DNA from: an uncultured Candidatus Bathyarchaeia archaeon
Lineage (GTDB): Archaea > Thermoproteota > Bathyarchaeia > Bathyarchaeales > Bathycorpusculaceae
Direction: 5' to 3'
Assembly: GCA_964450845.1 (NCBI GenBank)
Contig: CAYVGZ010000001.1
Span: 107,076-171,075, forward strand
DNA length: 64,000 bases
Positions 9,861 to 20,500 of the stretch are shown piece after piece. A program made the position numbers and the translations under genes. Each line of letters opens with the position of its first letter. Position 1 is the first letter of the stretch. The notes beneath the pieces were generated by a model. The model did no database searches. It saw nothing but the letters and a program-made list of their open reading frames with translations, and was not told the origin of the DNA.

Positions 9861-10621
9861 TTTATTAAATGTTTGAATTGGTTAATGTTTTTTGTTACGT
9901 ATTCTGGTAGTTCTACTTCAGATACTATGTATTGTCTATCTGTTCTGTTTAAGATATCTTTATTTTCTCTTAGTGATGTGTTAATACCATTTAGTACACT
10001 TGCATTATTAAATTCTTGATGTAGATATGCGTTGATTTTATCTTTTATTCTTTCTTCTCCTCCTACAAAGGAAAAGTGCCAACCACATTTTTGTACTAAT
10101 TTAATAGGGACAGAGAGCATTCTAATTTTTTGTGGCGAGGACATCTGTAGGTATTTCCAAGTACACACTCTAGCTAGAGTCCACTTTTTCTCTTTTCCGT
10201 CTGCTGTAAATGTAAGGTTATTTAGGTAGTAGTTACAAAAGTTTTGTTCTAGAGCAATAATTGGACTTGGCTTTAGTTCAGCTATGTTTTTTCCTGGTAT
10301 CTCATCTAAATCGCATATAGTAATTATGTCTGAATCGTTAGGATTGATTATTAAAAGAGCATCCTTAATAGCATCTCTCTGTCCAGATTCTCGTTCTGCT
10401 GTCGATGGAAACTGTTTTAAATCAGCGTAGTGATGTATTACCTTGCCAGATACATCTTTAAACTTGTCTTTTATCTTTAGCCAAACTGATTCTTTTTCTT
10501 TTCCAGAGTGAGTTAAGTTTCCTTCAACCAATACAAACTTATCTACAACGTCATATAGTTCATGGAGTCTAATATCAAGTAAGTCTGCTTCGTTATAGAA
10601 TGTAAAACAATCATATAGCAT
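9857..10621 (-). CDS. GT17-like (beta-1,4-GlcNAc transferase III type) protein
   Basis: YDCFTFYNEADLLDIRLHELYDVVDKFVLVE, QRD, DLDEIP, GWHFSF; start at 10621 overlaps the upstream TAA. Confidence 0.85.
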   Translation of the reverse strand: MLYDCFTFYNEADLLDIRLHELYDVVDKFVLVEGNLTHSGKEKESVWLKIKDKFKDVSGKVIHHYADLKQFPSTAERESGQRDAIKDALLIINPNDSDIITICDLDEIPGKNIAELKPSPIIALEQNFCNYYLNNLTFTADGKEKKWTLARVCTWKYLQMSSPQKIRMLSVPIKLVQKCGWHFSFVGGEERIKDKINAYLHQEFNNASVLNGINTSLRENKDILNRTDRQYIVSEVELPEYVTKNINQFKHLIK

Positions 10622-11295
10622 TATACTTTCCAATCGATTAATGGTGATTCCCAAGGGCTATGACAATGAGTTGCTCTTCCTGGTATTGGTGTAGCAAGTA
10701 ATCGTCCTTTTAGTTTTAAAGCCATAAATGTTCTAAATGAGTCAGGCACAGGTCCTTCAAAGTTGTGCTGAAATAGTATAGTTTTGTCTTCTTTTAGTGT
10801 CTTAACTTTCGTAGCAAACGTTTGAACTGTAGAATTAGTCAATTTCCAATGACTGCTTTTAGTTAAGAATACTCTAGTTTGTTCTCCATATTCAGTCACA
10901 TAGGGATTCGGGCCTCTTATATACTTATCTGCATGATCGTATAATGATACATAATGTACCCTAGCTAGGCCTTCAAGTAGATACATTCTAGAATCTGATA
11001 GATGTAGAAAGTCGTCTTCAACAAAGTATATTATATCTTTATCATCTAGCTCTAAGGCTATCTCAAATGCTTTTTTTAATGTTCCCGCGTTTCCAAGATT
11101 AGTTTCTAATACTTGAGTACCAAATTCTTTTATTCGAGATAGTAACTCAGGTGAACAGTTATCTGCTATAATTATAGAGTTACTGTCAAAACCAAAGTTC
11201 TCATAAAAGTTAATTAGACACCTTAGCTTTGGTATTCCAGTTTGAGTATTGGGTTTCTTGTCGCAGATTCTATATATTACTTTTAAAGCGCTCAT
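10621..11295 (-). CDS. Putative glycosyltransferase (GT-A fold)
   Basis: IIADNC, IYFVEDDFLH, YVSLYDHADKY motifs typical of viral GT-A proteins. Confidence 0.7.
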   Translation of the reverse strand: MSALKVIYRICDKKPNTQTGIPKLRCLINFYENFGFDSNSIIIADNCSPELLSRIKEFGTQVLETNLGNAGTLKKAFEIALELDDKDIIYFVEDDFLHLSDSRMYLLEGLARVHYVSLYDHADKYIRGPNPYVTEYGEQTRVFLTKSSHWKLTNSTVQTFATKVKTLKEDKTILFQHNFEGPVPDSFRTFMALKLKGRLLATPIPGRATHCHSPWESPLIDWKV

Positions 11296-11296
11296 A

Positions 11297-11611
11297 TTAC
11301 TTCCTATCTAACTGATTAAACCATGGTATTATGTCACTAGCTACAAACATATGTTGACGCTGTAAGTCTATGTCTTTGAGAGACACAGTAGTTCCCATAT
11401 ATCTTAGTGTCATTCCTATAATACACATTACATTACACTCAGATATTATTCTTATATTAAAAATATTAGAAATAATATCTTCTTTAGTAATGGATTTAAA
11501 TATGACTGAACCGCTAATTCTAAGATTTGCTCGTCTGATATCTTGTTTTATTCTTTCTCTTAATTCTTCATTAATAAATATTGGTGCGGCTCTCTATTTA
11601 CTGCATAACAT
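11297..11611 (-). pseudogene. Hypothetical gene with in-frame TAG at codon 6
   Basis: GAGGA RBS, then MLCSK*RAAPIFINEELRERIKQDIRR...WFNQLDRK*; 105 codons filling an otherwise empty gap. Confidence 0.5.
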
Positions 11612-11649
11612 ATATCCTCTAGCTCACCTATTTTAATTGCTAATGTCTG

Positions 11650-12173
11650 TCACTTCTGCTTCTTTATATATTCAAAGTAATCATTTATGTTTTCAGTTCT
11701 TTCTACAAATATATTGCATCTATTACATAAGATCTTTCTTACTTTTCCTGTAGAATGATTGTGGTCTATCTTTGGTTTATTATTGTCGCTAAAAGTTGAA
11801 CTACATATAAAACATTTATTATCTTGGGCTAGAAGCATGTCATCATATTGCTCCTCTGTTAAATTATATCTTGCTAGCAACCTTCTTTTTCTATCATTTA
11901 TCCTAATTATTAGAATAAGATAATAACTTTGATTTATTTTCTTTATATCTACTTTTAACTTTGTCCTTTATTCTTTCCTTATTTTTTTCATAATATTTTT
12001 TTAGTGTTTGATACTTTTTCTTTGTTATTAGTTCTATACTTAGTTCTATTTTCTTTTATACATTCTTTACAGTAAGTACTTAACCCAGATTTTCTACTTT
12101 CATCTTTATAGAAATTATCTGTGGATTTCTCTAAATTGCAGCTTACGCAGATCTTCGTCTTTAATAAGTTCAT
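11650..12173 (-). pseudogene. Endonuclease VII-type (HNH) homing endonuclease, frameshifted
   Basis: N-terminal CVSC...K...F...YCKEC (11988-12173), Lys-rich linker in another frame, C-terminal RYNLTEEQYDDM...CFIC...IDHNH..GKVRKILCNRCN (11650-11880); two frame changes needed. Confidence 0.8.
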
Positions 12174-12792
12174 TATAGCCCTCCCATTGGCTTATATCAG
12201 TCATAGTAAAGTCATGGAAGCCTAGTTGGGATTGCCATAAATGTCCATATTTAGCGTTGCCCTCGTGGCTGAACTGGCGAGCAAGGCTCTCGGGCGCGAA
12301 AGTACATCCTCTTGATATGAGTAGAGAACGATAGGTTCTACAAAGGACGAGGTCCTCAGGGTGGAAGTTTTTAATCGGGAGTTCAGAACAGACCTTGAGG
12401 AATTTTTCACTCCGTAGACTGAACCCACCGTTGCCGACATTTTTACTGTCTTGAAACCACCACGCCGCACCACAGTAATCATACTGTGTGAATGCTTCTG
12501 TCCATGCGTCTGCATTAAGGACGAACGCATCCCACTGCGTGCAAAGGGCGAACGGGGTCTGTACGTACTTATGTAACTCCTGAATCATAAACTTAGAGTA
12601 CGCTTGGATTGATGTAATTTCTGGGATCGATACGAGGTTGATCTGGCTTGGTATCTTGGAGCTTTCCAAGGAGCTCAGTAACTTGACTCTGCCAAATTCT
12701 ATGTTGCTCATCGATTGGCATAGCGATGTTAGCGCACGTTGCAAATTCTTGCAGTCCACTATTAGTAGGGTTACATTCGGTAGCTTTATCAT
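12115..12792 (-). CDS. DUF5672-like protein (GT-associated)
   Basis: YSKFM, QWDAFV, YDYCGAAW, VGNGGFSLRS, PED motifs; much higher GC than flanks. Confidence 0.75.
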   Translation of the reverse strand: MIKLPNVTLLIVDCKNLQRALTSLCQSMSNIEFGRVKLLSSLESSKIPSQINLVSIPEITSIQAYSKFMIQELHKYVQTPFALCTQWDAFVLNADAWTEAFTQYDYCGAAWWFQDSKNVGNGGFSLRSEKFLKVCSELPIKNFHPEDLVLCRTYRSLLISRGCTFAPESLARQFSHEGNAKYGHLWQSQLGFHDFTMTDISQWEGYNELIKDEDLRKLQFREIHR

Positions 12793-13045
12793 CTTTGACC
12801 CATCCTAGTTCTTTCATGTCTTTTTCATCTAAATTATGTATCTGAATATCGTAAGGTAATAATATGACTGAATTGTTTTTATTGATAGCTCTTAGTGCGT
12901 CAACTATAGACTGGCCAACCATTTGACTGGTTTTACTATCAACTCCAGATGGAAGTCTAATAACTATCAGTTGGTCGTCACTAATAGTCATAGTCTCTAG
13001 CTTATCAAAAATCATTTCAACAAGCTTATATTTTCTTGTATTCAT
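12593..13045 (-). CDS. Hypothetical protein
   Basis: 150-aa ORF; the last ~66 codons overlap the DUF5672-like gene in another frame. Confidence 0.55.
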   Translation of the reverse strand: MNTRKYKLVEMIFDKLETMTISDDQLIVIRLPSGVDSKTSQMVGQSIVDALRAINKNNSVILLPYDIQIHNLDEKDMKELGWVKDDKATECNPTNSGLQEFATCANIAMPIDEQHRIWQSQVTELLGKLQDTKPDQPRIDPRNYINPSVL

Positions 13046-13571
13046 TATAAGTTACTCCATTGCTCGACCATAGCCTTGGCTATTTAATTTTGCTCTATCT
13101 TCTGATGGCGGCATTTTATGAATAATATGTTCTCTTCCATCTACAATGTTTGTTGGTTGCAACTTTGGTAAGTTCTTTAACCATAAACAGGTTGCCTTAG
13201 TTTCTCCGTGCTCAAATTGCCAAGGCTGTATTATTTGGTTTGGACATGATTCCTATAGGGTTTTCAATTGCTATGCGAGCACAAGTAGAGTTAGCAAACA
13301 GCATAAAAAAATTAATTGCTGCTTGCTGTCTTCCATCTGCCCTTTTTTCAGGAAACCATCTTGCGCCGCTAACTGCAAGATGTGTACAGGGTTGGAACGC
13401 AATTATCATGTCTCAGTTGTCTTGTAGCAAAGGAGTTACGTCTTGTTGTAGATGCCATTCTGGATTTGGTACAGATGTTGGTATGATATCACAAGAATAT
13501 GCTTCTAATCCTAACCTTCTGAACTCACATGTGACTACTTGGCTTTCTTCGCAAGCGATTAACGCTTTCAT
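13045..13571 (-). pseudogene. Small phage DNA cytosine methyltransferase-like gene, inactivated
   Basis: MKALIACEESQ...AYSCD...EWHLQQDV...N*DMIIAFQPCTHLAVSGARWF...IAIENPIG, then QPWQFEHGETKATCLWLK in another frame; TGA at 13413-13415 plus deletions. Confidence 0.8.
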
Positions 13572-13810
13572 GCATATATCTCTACTGCTGGGATTCCTAG
13601 TTCGCTTACGTAGCCGTCAGATGAGGCTATGAACTGCGTCTTTCCATTTTCATGCGTCACAGTTGTTTCATCTTGGTCAACCAATTTAAAGATGTCCCCC
13701 TTTTTAAGGTCGATCATATTGGTTCTGGTCCAAATGATATCAGAATTTGTACTGGCTCTTCCGACGTAAACTTTTCTCCAGTCTAGTTCATCTAATTGCG
13801 GATTAGACAT
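13568..13810 (-). CDS. Hypothetical protein
   Basis: 80-aa ORF overlapping both neighbours. Confidence 0.55.
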   Translation of the reverse strand: MSNPQLDELDWRKVYVGRASTNSDIIWTRTNMIDLKKGDIFKLVDQDETTVTHENGKTQFIASSDGYVSELGIPAVEIYA

Positions 13811-14369
13811 ACTTCCTCCATAATTCTAGTCCTTCAAAATATTCGTTATCTGTTATAGTCCATTCTGCTTCTACTAAATTTTCTACATTTTTAAATTCGT
13901 CCATTAAAATTATATCATATCTTGGTTCTCCTTCTCGCGAGAACCTTGTTAATGGTTTTCTAAAGGGTTTATTAGTTCTTGGCGAAGGAAGTACATTTTC
14001 TGTCCAATTTGGGCAAACTATTAGAGCATACTCTTTGAGTCTCTTTGTTCGTATGAACTTAAATATCTTTCCATCTAGAATTGATATAGCATCAGATTCG
14101 CCAAATAGCCAGCCAGGTCTTTCAATATTATTTTTATATCTGACTGCTCTATACTCTAACCAAATGATGTTAGAATCTTCGTTTTGATCTTGTCTATTTT
14201 CTTTCTTTGTAGATTTTACTTCAATTTTTATTTTCGTATCTTCTTTTGTGATTTCATAATCATAATGTAATTCACGGTCTTCGTAAGTGGTAGACTTTCT
14301 TGTAGAGTAGCCCCTATTTGGGGCTACTACTCCAAATAAGACTTCACTAAACGTTGGTTTATAAATCAT
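13803..14369 (-). CDS. Putative PD-(D/E)xK nuclease
   Basis: HYDYE...IEVKS and WLE...PGWLFGESD pattern. Confidence 0.6.
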   Translation of the reverse strand: MIYKPTFSEVLFGVVAPNRGYSTRKSTTYEDRELHYDYEITKEDTKIKIEVKSTKKENRQDQNEDSNIIWLEYRAVRYKNNIERPGWLFGESDAISILDGKIFKFIRTKRLKEYALIVCPNWTENVLPSPRTNKPFRKPLTRFSREGEPRYDIILMDEFKNVENLVEAEWTITDNEYFEGLELWRKYV

Positions 14370-15850
14370 TACTTAACCTGTTCTGTAGTACTTCTATCAA
14401 ACCTGTCTTCTGGTTTAGGGAAATTGGTTAACGAGAAGTCTTGTATTGTTGGATCAGATACAAATGGGTCGCTATATCTATCTGGTAGTAGATCTGACGT
14501 ATCTACGCTATCTAACATCTCTTCCCATTTCTCACATACCTTATCCCAATCAAGCTTCTTTGCTAGATTAAGCCCTTTATTTTTCCATTCTTTATAATAT
14601 ACTGGGCTTTCTGCTAGTAGCTTTATTTTCTTTGCTGCATCTGGTACATCAGCTATAGCTTTAATAAATCCAGTTCTTGGTTCATGTTCGAAGGCCGCCA
14701 CCTTTGACAACAATAGTGCGCCTTTACCCCAATCAGCGTGGGCAGAGTAGTTAGTTATAACTGTTGGTATACCAGCAGCAATAGTTTCTAATGCTGGTAG
14801 ATGCCAGCCCTCAGAGTTTGTCAGACTTAGATGAACATCAAAGCAATTAACTATGTCATTAAGCTGTTCTTCTGTAGGGCCAATACCAGGCTTTAGTCTT
14901 GGGTCAAATATACATCTATCTTCTAGGTTATAAAATCTAGCTAGCCATGTTAGCGGCCAACCCATTCTGTCGTCTATTGCACAATGGAAGTAGGCCATAA
15001 TCTTTCTATCTTTTTCGAAGTGGTCTATAAAGTATCTTAAGACCTGAAAGACTGCATCTAACCTTTTCCTAGGCTGGTTTCTAGCTACAGATCCCACTAA
15101 CAATACTTTATTATCTAGTCCAAAGTATTTCTGTCTAAGCTCTGCTCTGTTATCTAGTGGTTTCCAAATGGAATTGTTTACTCCGTGAGGAATAGTAACC
15201 ATGTTCTGAAACTTAGGTCTACCTAAGAGTCTTGCTGTTTCGTTTATAACATCTTGGGCCCAATTCGTAAATACTATACACTTATCAGCTTTTTCTACTG
15301 TGAGCATAGGATCTACTGGCGGTAGATGAACAGAAGGATTTGGAATTTCAATGGCTGGGAATAGACATTCACTGTCTATTGCCATATATGGCATAAACTT
15401 AAAGCAGCGTCTATTTCTAAGATGTACGATGTTATATAATCCCCAGACATCATTTATTGGTATTACAATATCTGGCTTAAAATGCTGTATAACAAAGTAT
15501 GTAGACATATAGCCGTAGTTATCATTACCCTCAGGGTTACCCTTAATACACGGAGACTGTTCTTCGTAAAGAGGTACCTTAGGGTCTAGTTTAATTAGAT
15601 TAATTTGTGGGTTGCTTGGAGATACATATTCTATAAGTCTTCCACGTCCACAGCATTTACTGTGATCCTTAACCATAGAATAGTAGTGTATAGGAAGGTC
15701 TACAACAGATGGTACGTCAGCCAATCCAAGTTGTGCAATTTCGTATTTTCCAGATCTCACCAGTCTTTGTATAATATTCCGTGCGACCGTTGCATAACCC
15801 GTCTTCCTCTTTATACTGTCTGAGATAAAGAGGATTCTTTTTTTCTCCAT
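14369..15850 (-). CDS. Glycosyltransferase, GT-B fold (GT4-like)
   Basis: RILFISD...TGYATV, IPHGVN, VARNQPRKRLD, EGWHLPALETIAAG; likely start MEKKRIL at 15850. Confidence 0.85.
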   Translation of the reverse strand: MEKKRILFISDSIKRKTGYATVARNIIQRLVRSGKYEIAQLGLADVPSVVDLPIHYYSMVKDHSKCCGRGRLIEYVSPSNPQINLIKLDPKVPLYEEQSPCIKGNPEGNDNYGYMSTYFVIQHFKPDIVIPINDVWGLYNIVHLRNRRCFKFMPYMAIDSECLFPAIEIPNPSVHLPPVDPMLTVEKADKCIVFTNWAQDVINETARLLGRPKFQNMVTIPHGVNNSIWKPLDNRAELRQKYFGLDNKVLLVGSVARNQPRKRLDAVFQVLRYFIDHFEKDRKIMAYFHCAIDDRMGWPLTWLARFYNLEDRCIFDPRLKPGIGPTEEQLNDIVNCFDVHLSLTNSEGWHLPALETIAAGIPTVITNYSAHADWGKGALLLSKVAAFEHEPRTGFIKAIADVPDAAKKIKLLAESPVYYKEWKNKGLNLAKKLDWDKVCEKWEEMLDSVDTSDLLPDRYSDPFVSDPTIQDFSLTNFPKPEDRFDRSTTEQVK

Positions 15851-15879
15851 GTCTTTCTCCTTCTCCTTGACTCCTGTAA

Positions 15880-16143
15880 TTATTCTTCTGCTTGTTCGTC
15901 GTCCATATAGTTGCAATCGGCTGGATCACCATAGTCCTCCTTCAAAGACTCAATGAACGAACGGTAGATCTTACTTACTATTCGTCTGTTCAGACCAAAT
16001 AAATCATTGTTCTGAGCTTTAAACATATTACCATGAGCAAGCCGAGCATAAACTACTAGCTTGCTCTCTAGTGGTAATAGTGAAAACTTGGCGTAGGCTG
16101 TTGTTTGCAGTTCTTCTGGGATTTTAGTTCTCTGTGCTAACAT
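15880..16143 (-). CDS. Hypothetical protein
   Basis: 87-aa ORF in gene run. Confidence 0.55.
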   Translation of the reverse strand: MLAQRTKIPEELQTTAYAKFSLLPLESKLVVYARLAHGNMFKAQNNDLFGLNRRIVSKIYRSFIESLKEDYGDPADCNYMDDEQAEE

Positions 16144-16309
16144 CTTTTAGCTCTTTCACTTGCAAGTTAAATGCTTCTGTAAGTTGGTCTGAGCTATAGA
16201 CGTCTTCTAAATTGGCTTTCTTTCCCTTGATTACAAGTGTATCGCCTTCATTACAATCATCAGAGATCTCTCCGATTTTCTTTCCACCCTTAGTTACCAT
16301 TTCTATCAT
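16124..16309 (-). CDS. Hypothetical protein
   Basis: 61-aa ORF with short overlaps to both neighbours. Confidence 0.55.
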   Translation of the reverse strand: MIEMVTKGGKKIGEISDDCNEGDTLVIKGKKANLEDVYSSDQLTEAFNLQVKELKDVSTEN

Positions 16310-17013
16310 AATAAATTCTCCAGTCGGTCTAATCCATTAATCCATGTAGGATTACAGTTCTGACTACATCTTAGGCAATGTTCTCCCCTTATTCGGAGCT
16401 TATTGCCTTTGGTCAGCATAAGAAAACCTCGTCTGATAGTATAGTCTTTTTCTTCATAGGGTACTAGGAAGAAGGTATTGGTCGATACACTCATAACAAG
16501 ACAGTCATTTGCCAGACCATTTGTTATATTATAAATATAATTATTAAGCGTAGCAAAGTCAAGATCCTTTTGAACTATTCCTGCATTTTCATAAGAAAGT
16601 AGTAGATTATAATCCTTTGGACCATGTAATATTCCAGATATTTCTCCCTTCATTTTCCACTTATAGCAGTAGGAGTCTAATATGTGGTCTATTGAGTACT
16701 TTTCAAACAGTGTACTAAGGTTAATAGCGCATTTAGTACAGAAGCTTCTAAATTCTATACGTTCTGAGGCAGGAATTCTACGAAGGCCAGTAAACGATCT
16801 CGAAGAAAGCTCCTCAGCAAAGAGCTCAATTATAGGCTTCTTATCTGTTTTATACTTATAAAATATACGATTAAAGAGAAGTCTTACCCCTTTAAGATAA
16901 GACTCTTTCTCTTTGAAATAATAACACTTATATAGTCTATCGCAGAAAGTCTTACATGTAATTCCTGTTGATGGGTTCTCCACCTTCTTTTCTGCATTCT
17001 TCTTTATATTCAT
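16306..17013 (-). CDS. Hypothetical protein, possibly degenerate Cas4/AddB-like fold
   Basis: N-terminal Cys (CKTFC...C) and C-terminal GEHCLRC..NC as in Fe-S-staple nucleases; no clear PD-(D/E)xK acids. Confidence 0.5.
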   Translation of the reverse strand: MNIKKNAEKKVENPSTGITCKTFCDRLYKCYYFKEKESYLKGVRLLFNRIFYKYKTDKKPIIELFAEELSSRSFTGLRRIPASERIEFRSFCTKCAINLSTLFEKYSIDHILDSYCYKWKMKGEISGILHGPKDYNLLLSYENAGIVQKDLDFATLNNYIYNITNGLANDCLVMSVSTNTFFLVPYEEKDYTIRRGFLMLTKGNKLRIRGEHCLRCSQNCNPTWINGLDRLENLL

Positions 17014-17545
17014 TATGATTATACCCTGGAAGGCGCATTAACCAATTCGGATTATCTGGTTGTAAGCTCATCTGTCTCTTCACCTGCTCAAATGATATAG
17101 GATAGTAGTTCCAAGCATCAACTCCAACATCAAATGATTTACCACAACTAGGCAAGGCTCCATGAGAATGGCCATATAGATGCCACGAATTAAAGTGGGA
17201 CTTGTCCCATACTCTCATAGCAAAGTGAGACAGGACTATATATTGACCGTTTATAGACACTATTCTTTTATATGGCATGGCTTGGTGACCGTATACATCT
17301 AGTATTGCTTTATCGTGATTTCCCCTGACCATCATTATAGTTCCATTTAATCTATCCAAGTACCGTTCAGCGGAGCCAAAACAGAAATCACCTAAATGAT
17401 ATACTGTATCATTGTTTTTTACTGTATTATTCCAGTTAGATATGATTGCCTCGTCCATTAGCTCTACGCTATCAAATGGTCTTTTACAATATTTAATGAT
17501 GTTTGCGTGACCTAGATGTGTGTCAGAGGTGAAGAATATGCTCAT
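16952..17545 (-). CDS. Calcineurin-like metallophosphoesterase
   Basis: FTSDTHLGH, YHLGDFCF, RGNHD, HLYGHSH. Confidence 0.9.
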   Translation of the reverse strand: MSIFFTSDTHLGHANIIKYCKRPFDSVELMDEAIISNWNNTVKNNDTVYHLGDFCFGSAERYLDRLNGTIMMVRGNHDKAILDVYGHQAMPYKRIVSINGQYIVLSHFAMRVWDKSHFNSWHLYGHSHGALPSCGKSFDVGVDAWNYYPISFEQVKRQMSLQPDNPNWLMRLPGYNHNEYKEECRKEGGEPINRNYM

Positions 17546-20500
17546 ATTCCTCTTGGCCTTCCTATTACATTGTTACCGTTTGTTTTCTTATCTTTCAATG
17601 CTCTGATTTCACTTTCTGGTACCTCATCCATCCTTAGGTTATAGTCGTTAAGTTTATAGCCTATTGGCCTTAACTGACCAGTAATCTTATTTTTCCATAT
17701 GTTTACTTCTATATATGGCATTGCTCTAATCAATCCGTCTTTCGATGGCCCTTCCCATACTAGATAAGTATCTTCTTTCACTTGTTTGTCGTTGTGCACG
17801 AGTATAATTATATCAGCATCATACTCTAACTGAACAGAGTCCTTTAGATCGGCTAGCTGTGGCCTGCTTTGAGATCCTTCTAGCTTTCTGAGTTCTACAG
17901 TTGCCATTATATGAAGGTCATTTAACTGCGTGAGCTCTTTGATTCTTTCTGATCCATCTGATACAACATCAGTCTTTTTATTTCTTCCTCCAATATTAAA
18001 TCTTAACTTATGAAAGTTATCTAGTAGGAACAACTTCTTTGGTGTCTTATAATTCTTTGTGAACCAATCTACATGGGCCTCAAGAGCATCAATAGTATTT
18101 CCTGCGGTTGCATCTGCTAAAATAAATCTATCTGAGTTAGATTCTATCCATCTCCAAGCTTGTTCTACTGATACTTTCTTATCTGGTGTTAATTCTGAGT
18201 ATCGTTTGATCTCCGATGTGGATAGTCCAGACTTCATTGCTAGCATCTTTAACGTCATTAGCTCGGTGGTATCATCAATAGACATGTAAAATATAGCTGC
18301 ATCTTCTTCAGTATCGATTATGTCCATTGCTAAGCTTGTCATCCACATGGTCTTACCAGCGCTTGGTCTGCCTCCAACTAGAGATAAACAAGTAGTGTAG
18401 GGAATACCGTCAAAGTTTTCATAGAATTTCTTAAACTTCATAGCCCGCATTCCGTATTTAAATTCACCAGACTCAATTCTAGTCTTAACATCTTCGAGCT
18501 TACTAACATATTCGCTCTTATTATCAATAGCATTGTTATACTGTTTCTCTAGACTCTTAATTTTTAACAAGCCTTCTTCTAGTATGGATTTAGTATCTCT
18601 TGTTTTCTTTCTAGATAGTTGTACTTGTACAAAGTTGTTAATGTCTGATAGTTCTTCTAGGAATCTACTTGATTCTTTATTAACTAAAGAGTCTACATCT
18701 TTTCTGATGTCAGATTCGCTTATGGCGGTCAATCTAGCTAGCTCTCTTACCATCTGAAGTCTAACTATGTTACTTTCTTCTGCTGCTATGGTTGGGATAG
18801 CTTTCTTTGCTGTTTCCATTGGATCATCTTCAAATGTAGTCCACTTAAGCATCCAAGTAAATGGAGACAAAGATACATCTGACTTAGATAGTTCTAAAAA
18901 CTTTTCTGTACCAAACTGCCTTACATAACTATCTGGATCAAAGCCCTCAGGAAGTTCCATTATTCGTACTTTAAAGTTCTTATATCCAGCTAATCTTTCA
19001 ATGGCTAGTTTAACTCCTCTTCTGCCACCATCATCTGAATCAAGACATATTACTATGTTCTTAAACTTATCTCTAAACAGCATGTCTACGTGTTCTTCAG
19101 TTAGCATCGTAGCGCCTATTGCTGTTACATTTGATATACCTGCTTGTACTAGATATACAGCATCGAGGTATCCTTCTACAATAAATAGTGGTCCATCTTC
19201 TGGCCTGCAGTTGTTGTAGTTAAATAGTATTTCACTTTTATGATATATATCTGAGTTCTGAGAGTTAATATACTTTTCTTCGCCATGAGCATTGGCATCC
19301 ATGTCGGTTCGTCTGGTAACGAAGCCCACGGCTCTACCCTTGTCATCAAATATAGGAATGATTATTCCAGTAGTACTGAAGAGTTTTCTATTTGCAAGGT
19401 CTGCTGCTTCTAGATAAGACTTATCTGACCAGCCTAGAACTTTCATTTCATCTAGATAATCTTTATAGCTTTCAATACAACCAATCTGGAATTTCTTTAT
19501 TGTTGCTTCTGTTATCCCTCTAGCAAGTAGATGTTTCATTGCAGGATGTTCTATGTTTAAGACTCGTTTCTTATCTACTTTTTTATAGGACATGCTACAG
19601 ATAACATTGACTGCATCCTCATATGCTCTTCTCTTTTGAAACTCTCTCTTTTGGTCTTCACTTATTTCTATAGGTTCATAAGGAATATCAAAGAGCTTAG
19701 CAATATACGGTAGCGTTTCTTGATATAGGCCTAGTCCAGATATTGGTTTCTTTTCTAAGAAGTGTACCGCATGTAGTATGTTTCCCGCCGCACCACAATT
19801 ATGAACTAGATAATGTTTAGTCATAAACGTGTGAGAATCAGTATTTACTTCTTTTACGGTAATGTCATATACTTCCATTAATGGCTTGCTTTTATATATC
19901 TTATCTATTCTTAAAAAGGCATATCTATATCCATCATATGCAGTATCGTAGAAACATCCTATATTTTCTTTTTCAAGCCGAGTTAAAGACCAAGTTGGTT
20001 TTCTTTCTATACCATCATTACCTATATACGATTCGTTAAATGAATAACTAAATGGTATTTCTAGATTAACCATTACTTGTTGTGCAGTTGAAATTAGGTT
20101 TTCGTTAACTAACGTTAATCTTTTTGGTTTTCTCTTACCTGCATCGCCATCAAAAAGTCCATTTAGCCATGCTCGTTGAAACGAATCATTCATACCACAT
20201 AATATATTATCTGGCATATATTTATGAGAAGAATATTTGCCAATAAATCCTTCAAAAAACATCTGTAGATCTGTAGAACTACAACTCATATTTGTTGTAT
20301 TTGTTTTATAATCGTACTCGTATGTTGAACAGTCTAGGCCAAAGTTATCTTTAATTATTCTTTTTATCTTTTCTTGAAGCAACTTCTCATTTCTGTGTAG
20401 TGTAAAGGTTATGCCTCCTCTGTAACTAGAACCTTTGGCACAGTACAATCCTAGTAGCCACATAGTGTCTTCATTGATAGGATATGTGATTATTCTATTA

